In this document: positions 46,562 to 56,018 of the stretch, piece after piece
Numbering within the stretch: the stretch's first letter is position 1
Layout of the letters: each line of letters starts with the position of its first letter
Assembly: GCA_000146045.2 (NCBI GenBank)
Contig: BK006945.2
Location: forward strand, 544,001 to 608,000
Reading direction: 5' to 3'
DNA from: TPA_inf: Saccharomyces
Taxonomy: Eukaryota
DNA: 64,000 nt
Notes under the pieces: generated by a model
Told to the model about the DNA's origin: nothing
Database searches by the model: none
The model's input: the letters and a program-made list of their open reading frames with translations, nothing else
Translations under genes and position numbers: made by a program

Positions 46562-48043
46562 TTAATTGGAGGGATCAGTAAAGGTTTGATATATACGTGA
46601 CAAAATGTCCGGCAAGTTCCCTATGTTATCCTGATAGCAATATTTCCAATACTCAATCCAATGATCATCTGTTTCTGGATCTTTAGGTGAGTCAAAGCGC
46701 AGTTTCTGCTTCAATTTTGTTTTCATCTTGTCTATTATTATTCTGGGATGTCTGAATTGGTAAGTTCGGGGATGATAATCGTCCAGAGATTCTGAACAGT
46801 CATTATCTTCGGATATTTTTTCAGCAACAAGTAATTTCCCCTCCATAGCAGTCAACAGTACCTTAGGTAGTTGGTAGTCAGTTACTTCATCAGGATTGTC
46901 ACAAGCATCAATAATATTTTCGATGATACATAAGCATTCTATGGTCAATTTATCCATTTCAGATGATGCTTCGAATGTGTATTCATTATCTTGCATATAG
47001 TATAGTTTTAATACATAAAAAAACTGGATAACTTTAAATTGAACACCTGATGAAAGTAATAAGCCTTCCAGAATTTTATTCAAGCAGCATATAATCTGAG
47101 GGTCATTTTTAAGTTTGAAAGTTATTGACAGAATATTTTTTTGAATTGTTTCATTCATGTGGTTACTATCTACTAATAGTCCGATTCTGGGACCGAACAC
47201 ATCACATTCACACTCCCAAATTTTTCCTCTCAGAATGGCTAACATTTCTTCGATTTCTGCACAATACTGAAAAAACTGACTAAAAACAAAATTTTCATTG
47301 ACCTTTGAAAATTTAAGCGTTATCTTATCCATCGCATCGAAAGCGACGCAGTATAACGCCTCAATAACATCTACCTCGTCGAGTGACCAGTGCCATTGAA
47401 GTGACTTGGTCTCCTCATTTAAATCGAAGCCATGGGAATAATTAGGGTTTTGTCTTTTGATAAAATTTTTTAGATTATTGCCTACCAATGCTTCATTTTC
47501 TTTCAAATCAATTAGAAAACAGTGGCAACACAACATGGATATAAATAGTTCGCAAAGTTCATAAAAAGCTCCAATTTGCTCGTCTGCGATACTTGCAAAT
47601 AGTCTTGTCCTTTTTGAGTACGCAATGAATTGTAAGCACCAGCGAAAAGATTGAAATGCGAGGTTATAATTTTTATCTACATGACCAAATACTCCTTGAA
47701 ATAATTTTATATATAGTACCAGTTTTAATTTATTCATTGTCTCTGGATCGGCTTTATCTTTCTTCATTATCTTGATGATATGTTTTGGACCCATCGCAAG
47801 ATTAAAGTTTAAAATTTTGGCCAGCGCTTCTTTCAGAAGGTTATTGGTTTGAATCCTTAATGGTGAACCTTTTTTCATGATCGAAAGATTATAAAAAACT
47901 ACATGGTACGGAATATAAAGAGCCAAAAAGTCCCTTATCAAATCACCATTATATGCTTGTAAATTTAGGATAGTCTTCACAGCTTTTTTAAATTCTTTTC
48001 TTAAACTTTTTTTAAAAGTTTGATAGTCGACGTCTTTATTCAT
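46562..48043 (-). CDS. ADY4: Meiotic outer-plaque spindle pole body component (sporulation-specific)
   Basis: 493 aa, ATG at 48043. Position and length match ADY4. An MSE-like element lies immediately upstream. Confidence 0.8.
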   Translation of the reverse strand: MNKDVDYQTFKKSLRKEFKKAVKTILNLQAYNGDLIRDFLALYIPYHVVFYNLSIMKKGSPLRIQTNNLLKEALAKILNFNLAMGPKHIIKIMKKDKADPETMNKLKLVLYIKLFQGVFGHVDKNYNLAFQSFRWCLQFIAYSKRTRLFASIADEQIGAFYELCELFISMLCCHCFLIDLKENEALVGNNLKNFIKRQNPNYSHGFDLNEETKSLQWHWSLDEVDVIEALYCVAFDAMDKITLKFSKVNENFVFSQFFQYCAEIEEMLAILRGKIWECECDVFGPRIGLLVDSNHMNETIQKNILSITFKLKNDPQIICCLNKILEGLLLSSGVQFKVIQFFYVLKLYYMQDNEYTFEASSEMDKLTIECLCIIENIIDACDNPDEVTDYQLPKVLLTAMEGKLLVAEKISEDNDCSESLDDYHPRTYQFRHPRIIIDKMKTKLKQKLRFDSPKDPETDDHWIEYWKYCYQDNIGNLPDILSRIYQTFTDPSN

Positions 48044-48518
48044 TATACGTGAGCCGACAATTTGTGACTATGATCAATAAATAGGGCATATATGTACAAT
48101 TTTGTTTGTATTTCCTCCTGTTGGAGATGAGTAGTAACATAATCATGGGTAAATCGTCTTCTCTGTGACAGCGCAAACCTTTACGCCCAATAAAAATTTG
48201 ACAGAAAAATTCTCTATAGTGCCGGGGCACTTCATTCAAATTTAGTAAATAGAACTTTTGTGGCAATGGACAGGTTCAGCTACTGCATTTCATATGCGAA
48301 TTCGCTGCTATACCAGTTTTGTGGCCCCAAAATCACCCGGCAGACAGGGTCTGGTAACACGTCATAATTCTTTCCCTACTTACGAACGTAAAGGAAGCTT
48401 TGCCAACTTTTAGAGAAATGGCTACATTAATTATGAACTGGAGTGAAACAACTGTGCTAAAATGATACGATCTAGTAATTTATAGGAAAAAGTAAAGATG
48501 GCAAAAAACAAAAAATAA

Positions 48519-48619
48519 TGAGAGCTAAGGGATTCGAACCCTTGCATCCGAAGATATCAGAGATTTTAGAGGTTAAACCCACCTAAATCTGACGCCTTAA
48601 ACCACTCGGCCAAACTCCC
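48519..48619 (-). tRNA. tL(UAG): tRNA-Leu(UAG) with a 19-nt intron
   Basis: Minus strand GGGAGTTTGGCCGAGTGGTTTAAGGCGTCAGATTTAGG[TGGGTTTAACCTCTAAAAT]CTCTGATATCTTCGGATGCAAGGGTTCGAATCCCTTAGCTCTCA. Type-II long variable arm. T6 Pol III terminator just downstream (48500-48515 on minus). Confidence 0.9.
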
Positions 48620-48704
48620 ATTGTATGTTGAAAACGATGGATTATACAAGCCATTGGGTTAGCCATTTATTTCTAAAGTCTTTTTCTTGGCTGATTACTT
48701 ATTA

Positions 48705-49035
48705 ATGAGAAATTGGTAAAGTTTGACATAATTGTTGGGATTCCATTGTTGATTAAGGCTATAATATTATGTATAAGAATAAACTAGAAGTTCTCCTCGA
48801 GGATATAGAAACTCTCAAATGGAATCGATATTTCTACACAATAATATTACGATTATTTCTCCTTCCGTTTTATATTTTTCATTATCTTATTACATTATCA
48901 ATCCTTCCATTTCAGCTTCCTTTAACTTCGGTTGCATCTTCTCATACCTTATGTCATCATCTAACTACCCGTATATGATAATATACGCGTAGTAAGACTA
49001 CTAGTTAATGACGATAGTTGATTTTTATTCCAACA
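48705..49035 (-). repeat. Solo delta LTR (Ty1/Ty2 family), about 331 bp, flanked by an ATTAA target-site duplication
   Basis: The minus strand reads TGTTGGAATAAAAATCAACTATCGTC ... AATGGAATCCCAACAATTATGTCAAACTTTACCAATTTCTCA. ATTAA at 48700-48704 and 49036-49040. 86 bp upstream of the tRNA-Leu 5' end. Confidence 0.85.
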
Positions 49036-49144
49036 ATTAAGTTAGCAAATGTGGGAAAGCATAAATTATTTGGGAAATGCATATATCTCCGCGATTTCCC
49101 TAGCTTAGGAGCTCTTTGGGATCGATATCATTTTTGTTGGAATA

Positions 49145-49478
49145 TGTTGGAATAGAAATCAACTATCATCTACTAACTAGTATTTACATTACTAGTATAT
49201 TATCATATACGGTGTTAGAAGATGACGCAAATGATGAGAAATAGTCATCTAAATTAGTGGAAGCTGAAACGCAAGGATTGATAATGTAATAGGATCAATG
49301 AATATAAACATATAAAATGATGATAATAATATTTATAGAATTGTGTAGAATTGCAGATTCCCTTTTATGGATTCCTAAATCCTTGAGGAGAACTTCTAGT
49401 ATATTCTGTATACCTAATATTATAGCCTTTATCAACAATGGAATCCCAACAATTATCTCAACATTCACATATTTCTCA
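49145..49478 (+). repeat. Ty1 5' LTR (delta), 334 bp; contains the TYA start codon
   Basis: Starts TGTTGG and ends TCTCA. Identical in length to the 3' LTR. Followed by a tRNAiMet-complementary PBS at 49479-49488. Confidence 0.93.
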
Positions 49479-50760
49479 TGGTAGCGCCTGTGCTTCGGTT
49501 ACTTCTAAGGAAGTCCACACAAATCAAGATCCGTTAGACGTTTCAGCTTCCAAAACAGAAGAATGTGAGAAGGCTTCCACTAAGGCTAACTCTCAACAGA
49601 CAACAACACCTGCTTCATCAGCTGTTCCAGAGAACCCCCATCATGCCTCTCCTCAACCTGCTTCAGTACCACCTCCACAGAATGGGCCGTACCCACAGCA
49701 GTGCATGATGACCCAAAACCAAGCCAATCCATCTGGTTGGTCATTTTACGGACACCCATCTATGATTCCGTATACACCTTATCAAATGTCGCCTATGTAC
49801 TTTCCACCTGGGCCACAATCACAGTTTCCGCAGTATCCATCATCAGTTGGAACGCCTCTGAGCACTCCATCACCTGAGTCAGGTAATACATTTACTGATT
49901 CATCCTCAGCGGACTCTGATATGACATCCACTAAAAAATATGTCAGACCACCACCAATGTTAACCTCACCTAATGACTTTCCAAATTGGGTTAAAACATA
50001 CATCAAATTTTTACAAAACTCGAATCTCGGTGGTATTATTCCGACAGTAAACGGAAAACCCGTACGTCAGATCACTGATGATGAACTCACCTTCTTGTAT
50101 AACACTTTTCAAATATTTGCTCCCTCTCAATTCCTACCTACCTGGGTCAAAGACATCCTATCCGTTGATTATACGGATATCATGAAAATTCTTTCCAAAA
50201 GTATTGAAAAAATGCAATCTGATACCCAAGAGGCAAACGACATTGTGACCCTGGCAAATTTGCAATATAATGGCAGTACACCTGCAGATGCATTTGAAAC
50301 AAAAGTCACAAACATTATCGACAGACTGAACAATAATGGCATTCATATCAATAACAAGGTCGCATGCCAATTAATTATGAGAGGTCTATCTGGCGAATAT
50401 AAATTTTTACGCTACACACGTCATCGACATCTAAATATGACAGTCGCTGAACTGTTCTTAGATATCCATGCTATTTATGAAGAACAACAGGGATCGAGAA
50501 ACAGCAAACCTAATTACAGGAGAAATCTGAGTGATGAGAAGAATGATTCTCGCAGCTATACGAATACAACCAAACCCAAAGTTATAGCTCGGAATCCTCA
50601 AAAAACAAATAATTCGAAATCGAAAACAGCCAGGGCTCACAATGTATCCACATCTAATAACTCTCCCAGCACGGACAACGATTCCATCAGTAAATCAACT
50701 ACTGAACCGATTCAATTGAACAATAAGCACGACCTTCACCTTAGGCCAGGAACTTACTGA
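49438..50760 (+). CDS. TYA: Ty1 Gag (TYA) capsid protein, 440 aa
   Basis: [39 protein letters not shown]... is Ty1-type Gag, not Ty2. ATG at 49438 inside the LTR. TGA at 50758. Confidence 0.93.
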   Translation: MESQQLSQHSHISHGSACASVTSKEVHTNQDPLDVSASKTEECEKASTKANSQQTTTPASSAVPENPHHASPQPASVPPPQNGPYPQQCMMTQNQANPSGWSFYGHPSMIPYTPYQMSPMYFPPGPQSQFPQYPSSVGTPLSTPSPESGNTFTDSSSADSDMTSTKKYVRPPPMLTSPNDFPNWVKTYIKFLQNSNLGGIIPTVNGKPVRQITDDELTFLYNTFQIFAPSQFLPTWVKDILSVDYTDIMKILSKSIEKMQSDTQEANDIVTLANLQYNGSTPADAFETKVTNIIDRLNNNGIHINNKVACQLIMRGLSGEYKFLRYTRHRHLNMTVAELFLDIHAIYEEQQGSRNSKPNYRRNLSDEKNDSRSYTNTTKPKVIARNPQKTNNSKSKTARAHNVSTSNNSPSTDNDSISKSTTEPIQLNNKHDLHLRPGTY

Positions 50761-53700
50761 ATCTACGGTAAATCACACTAATCATTCTGATGATGAACTC
50801 CCTGGACACCTCCTTCTCGATTCAGGAGCATCACGAACCCTTATAAGATCTGCTCATCACATACACTCAGCATCATCTAATCCTGACATAAACGTAGTTG
50901 ATGCTCAAAAAAGAAATATACCAATTAACGCTATTGGTGACCTACAATTTCACTTCCAGGACAACACCAAAACATCAATAAAGGTATTGCACACTCCTAA
51001 CATAGCCTATGACTTACTCAGTTTGAATGAATTGGCTGCAGTAGATATCACAGCATGCTTTACCAAAAACGTCTTAGAACGATCTGACGGCACTGTACTT
51101 GCACCTATCGTACAATATGGAGACTTTTACTGGGTATCTAAAAGGTACTTGCTTCCATCAAATATCTCCGTACCCACCATCAATAATGTCCATACAAGTG
51201 AAAGTACACGCAAATATCCTTATCCTTTCATTCATCGAATGCTTGCGCATGCCAATGCACAGACAATTCGATACTCACTTAAAAATAACACCATCACGTA
51301 TTTTAACGAATCAGATGTCGACTGGTCTAGTGCTATTGACTATCAATGTCCTGATTGTTTAATCGGCAAAAGCACCAAACACAGACATATCAAAGGTTCA
51401 CGACTAAAATACCAAAATTCATACGAACCCTTTCAATACCTACATACTGACATATTTGGTCCAGTTCACAACCTACCAAAAAGTGCACCATCCTATTTCA
51501 TCTCATTTACTGATGAGACAACAAAATTCCGTTGGGTTTATCCATTGCACGACCGTCGCGAGGACTCTATCCTCGATGTATTTACCACGATACTAGCTTT
51601 CATTAAAAACCAATTTCAGGCCAGTGTCTTGGTTATACAAATGGACCGTGGTTCTGAGTATACTAACAGAACTCTCCATAAATTCCTTGAAAAAAATGGT
51701 ATAACTCCATGCTATACAACCACAGCGGATTCCCGAGCACATGGAGTCGCTGAACGACTAAACCGTACCTTATTAGATGACTGCCGTACTCAACTGCAAT
51801 GTAGTGGTTTACCGAACCATTTATGGTTCTCTGCAATCGAATTTTCTACTATTGTGAGAAATTCACTAGCTTCACCTAAAAGCAAAAAATCTGCAAGCCA
51901 ACATGCTGGCTTGGCAGGACTTGATATCAGTACTTTGTTACCTTTCGGTCAACCTGTTATCGTCAATGATCACAACCCTAACTCCAAAATACATCCTCGT
52001 GGCATCCCAGGTTACGCTCTACATCCGTCTCGAAACTCTTATGGATATATCATCTATCTTCCATCCTTAAAGAAGACAGTAGATACAACTAACTATGTTA
52101 TTCTTCAGGGCAAGGAATCCAGATTAGATCAATTCAATTACGACGCACTCACTTTCGATGAAGACTTAAACCGTTTAACTGCTTCATATCATTCGTTCAT
52201 TGCGTCAAATGAGATCCAAGAATCCAATGATCTTAACATAGAATCTGACCATGACTTCCAATCTGACATTGAACTACATCCTGAGCAACCGAGAAATGTC
52301 CTTTCAAAAGCTGTGAGTCCAACCGATTCCACACCTCCGTCAACTCATACTGAAGATTCAAAACCTATATCTGAAATCAATCTTCGTGCACCCAGAGAAG
52401 TTGACCCCAACATATCTGAATCTAATATTCTTCCATCAAAGAAGAGATCTAGCACCCCCCAAATTTCCAATATCGAGAGTACCGGTTCGGGTGGTATGCA
52501 TAAATTAAATGTTCCTTTACTTGCTCCCATGTCCCAATCTAACACACATGAGTCGTCGCACGCCAGTAAATCTAAAGATTTCAGACACTCAGACTCGTAC
52601 AGTAACAATGAGACTAATCATACAAACGTACCAATATCCAGTACGGGTGGTACCAACAACAAAACTGTTCCGCAGATAAGCGACCAGGAGACTGAGAAAA
52701 GGATTATACACCGTTCACCTTCAATCGATGCTTCTCCACCGGAAAATAATTCATCGCACAATATTGTTCCTATCAAAACGCCAACTACTGTTTCTGAACA
52801 GAATACCGAGGAATCTATTATCGCTGATCTCCCACTTCCCGATCCGCCTCCAGAACCTCCTACCGAATTATCAGACTCCTTTAAAGAACTTCCACCGATC
52901 AATTCTCGTCAAACTAATTCCAGTTTGGGTGGTATTGGTGACTCTAATGCCTATACTACTATCAACAGTAAGAAAAGATCATTAGAAGATAATGAAACTG
53001 AAATTAAGGTATCACGAGACACATGGAATACTAAGAATATGCGTAGTTTAGAACCTCCGAGATCGAAGAAACGAATTCACCTGATTGCAGCTGCAAAAGC
53101 AGTAAAATCAATCAAACCAATACGAACAACCTTAAGATACGATGAGGCAATCACCTATAATAAAGATATTAAAGAAAAGGAAAAATATATCGAAGCATAC
53201 CACAAAGAAGTCAACCAACTATTGAAAATGAATACTTGGGACACTGACAAATATTATGACAGAAAAGAAATAGACCCTAAAAGAGTAATAAACTCAATGT
53301 TTATCTTCAACAAGAAACGTGACGGAACTCATAAAGCTAGATTTGTTGCAAGAGGTGACATTCAGCATCCTGATACGTACGATACAGGTATGCAATCCAA
53401 CACTGTACATCATTATGCGTTGATGACATCCCTGTCACTTGCATTAGACAATAACTACTATATTACACAATTAGACATATCTTCGGCATATTTGTATGCA
53501 GACATCAAAGAAGAATTATACATAAGACCTCCACCACATTTAGGAATGAATGATAAGTTGATACGTTTGAAGAAATCACATTATGGATTGAAACAAAGTG
53601 GAGCGAACTGGTACGAAACTATCAAATCATACCTGATAAAACAGTGTGGTATGGAAGAAGTTCGTGGATGGTCATGCGTATTTAAGAATAGTCAAGTAAC

Positions 53701-54706
53701 AATTTGCTTATTCGTTGATGATATGATATTGTTCAGCAAAGACTTAAATGCAAATAAGAAAATCATAACAACACTCAAGAAACAATACGATACAAAGATA
53801 ATAAATCTGGGTGAAAGTGATAACGAAATTCAGTACGACATACTTGGCTTAGAAATCAAATATCAAAGAGGTAAATACATGAAATTAGGTATGGAAAACT
53901 CATTAACTGAGAAAATACCCAAATTAAACGTACCTTTGAATCCAAAAGGAAGAAAACTTAGCGCTCCAGGTCAACCAGGTCTTTATATAGACCAGGATGA
54001 ACTAGAAATAGATGAAGATGAATACAAAGAGAAGGTACATGAAATGCAAAAGTTGATTGGTCTAGCTTCATATGTTGGATATAAATTTAGATTTGACTTA
54101 CTATACTACATCAACACACTTGCTCAACATATACTATTCCCCTCTAGGCAAGTTTTAGACATGACATATGAGTTAATACAATTCATGTGGGACACTAGAG
54201 ATAAACAACTGATATGGCACAAAAACAAACCTACCGAGCCAGATAATAAACTAGTCGCAATAAGCGATGCTTCATATGGTAACCAACCATATTACAAGTC
54301 ACAAATTGGTAACATTTTCCTACTCAACGGAAAAGTGATTGGAGGAAAGTCGACAAAGGCTTCGTTAACATGCACTTCAACTACAGAAGCAGAAATACAC
54401 GCAGTCAGTGAAGCTATTCCGCTATTGAATAACCTCAGTCACCTTGTGCAAGAACTTAACAAGAAACCAATTATTAAAGGCTTACTTACTGATAGTAGAT
54501 CAACGATCAGTATAATTAAGTCTACAAATGAAGAGAAATTTAGAAACAGATTTTTTGGCACAAAGGCAATGAGACTTAGAGATGAAGTATCAGGTAATAA
54601 TCTATACGTATACTACATCGAGACCAAGAAGAACATTGCTGATGTGATGACAAAACCTCTTCCGATAAAAACATTTAAACTATTAACTAACAAATGGATT
54701 CATTAG
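49438..54706 (+). CDS. TYB: Ty1 Gag-Pol (TYA-TYB) polyprotein made by a +1 ribosomal frameshift at 50740-50746; Pol = protease, integrase, reverse transcriptase-RNase H
   Basis: The +1 frame is open from 50744 to the TAG at 54706. The joined length is 5268 nt, about 1755 aa. Pol carries the protease D(S/T)G, integrase HHCC zinc-finger/DDE core and RT YVDDM motifs, seen as ...DSGASRTL..., HRMLAHAN, and FVDDMILF. Confidence 0.9.
50740..50746 (+). other. Ty1 programmed +1 ribosomal frameshift heptamer CTT-AGG-C
   Basis: The exact canonical Ty1 shifty sequence CUUAGGC sits in the TYA zero frame (Leu-Arg of ...HLRPGTY). Confidence 0.9.
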
Positions 54707-54728
54707 ATCTATTACATTATGGGTGGTA

Positions 54729-55062
54729 TGTTGGAATAGAAATCAACTATCATCTACTAACTAGTATTTACATTACTAGTATATTATCATATACGGTGTT
54801 AGAAGATGACGCAAATGATGAGAAATAGTCATCTAAATTAGTGGAAGCTGAAACGCAAGGATTGATAATGTAATAGGATCAATGAATATAAACATATAAA
54901 ATGATGATAATAATATTTATAGAATTGTGTAGAATTGCAGATTCCCTTTTATGGATTCCTAAATCCTTGAGGAGAACTTCTAGTATATTCTGTATACCTA
55001 ATATTATAGCCTTTATCAACAATGGAATCCCAACAATTATCTCAACATTCACCCATTTCTCA
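54729..55062 (+). repeat. Ty1 3' LTR (delta), 334 bp
   Basis: Preceded by the polypurine tract TGGGTGGTA (54720-54728). Ends ...CACCCATTTCTCA, followed by the GAATA TSD. Confidence 0.93.
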
Positions 55063-55224
55063 GAATAGATGTGAACTCTTTGGTTTTCGGTCAGACTAGA
55101 CGTCAGTAAATAGTTTGAAAGCGAGAATAAAAAATAATTGTAATGGATAATGAAATGCCGTTAATTGGTAGTATTAATGAAGAATGAATATCCATCTTTT
55201 CATGCAATATAAGAGAAAAATATA

Positions 55225-55540
55225 AAACTGCTGAGATACGGACAAAAATCACCTATGTACAAGTATTTATTTTATCATATACGGCGTAAGAAGATGACGT
55301 CAAAAATTGAGGAACAGTCATCGAATTTAATGGAAGCTGAAATGCAATGATCGATAATGTAATAGGATAATGAGTAACAACAATTAAATTGAAGAAGAAA
55401 AAATAGTGATGCTCTGTAGAGATGTCATTTCCCTTCAATGTTGCTATATTCTCCTGGCACATTAACGTATGCCCACTATTAGTGCCTTTAACAATAGAAT
55501 CCCAACAATTATTCAATTATTCACCCATAAAATCCACCTA
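55225..55540 (+). repeat. Degenerate delta-like solo LTR remnant
   Basis: TATCATATACGGCGTAAGAAGATGACGTC...GGAAGCTGAAATGCAATGATCGATAATGTAATAGGATAATGA...AATAGAATCCCAACAATTATTCAATTATTCACCCATAAAATCCA aligns with delta consensus blocks but has many substitutions and indels. Boundaries are approximate. Confidence 0.6.
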
Positions 55541-55559
55541 TTTTTCAAGAAAGCATTAG

Positions 55560-55960
55560 ATTTGCTCATTATTATTTATTATTAACATAAAAGTGCCTTT
55601 GGTAGTTACTATGTATTTAGTGTGGTGACCCGTATTCCTCATATATATAAGTAGCTACCACATTATGTTCAATCAATATATCTTTAACTCAGCTCAGCAT
55701 TGTCTGAATTGCTCGCTTAAGTTTTTATCCTGTGATTAGTGCATTTACACATAAACGTATACCGGGTGTACCTCAATATACTATGTAAACATTTAAATTG
55801 TTACCATAACAACTCATGTTATTATTAATGATCACTTGACAACATATAAAAACGAAAGAAGAAATAATAATACTACTATGTATAAGTATCCATTTCCTTT
55901 TGTGGATTCCTCAAAATGGCCAGTATATTCGGAAGTAACATAATGTAGTTATTCATCGAT
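55560..55960. repeat. Unclassified AT-rich LTR-like remnant (possibly tau/other Ty LTR); non-coding
   Basis: Contains TATATATAAG (TATA-like) and a block TTTTGTGGATTCCTCAAAATGG resembling the delta segment TTTTATGGATTCCTAAATCC. No clean TG...CA termini identified. Lies between Ty remnants and ECM22. Confidence 0.3.
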
Positions 55961-56018
55961 GAGGTTCACATTCTGTAGCACTGACCCATCGAAAGAAAAG
56001 AGTTTATATTTTGATAAA

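Larger units (their letters stand above)
49145..55062 (+). mobile_element. Full-length Ty1 LTR retrotransposon (5,918 bp) with a 5-bp GAATA target-site duplication
   Basis: Identical 334-bp LTRs (TGTTGGAATAGAAATCAAC...TTCTCA) at 49145-49478 and 54729-55062. PBS TGGTAGCGCC after the 5' LTR. PPT GGGTGGTA before the 3' LTR. GAATA at 49140-49144 and 55063-55067. Ty1-type Gag sequence. Confidence 0.95.

Noticed and set aside
49134-49144. TGTTGGAATA immediately 5' of the Ty1 LTR, which could be misread as a tandem LTR start or a 10-bp TSD
   Set aside because: Only the last 5 nt (GAATA) are repeated after the 3' LTR, so the TSD is the normal 5 bp. The extra TGTTG is pre-existing flank, possibly from an older LTR terminus.
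51099-52985. Several 85-94-aa ORFs inside the Ty1 element on both strands
   Set aside because: They are alternative-frame or antisense to TYB. Ty1 encodes only Gag and Gag-Pol.
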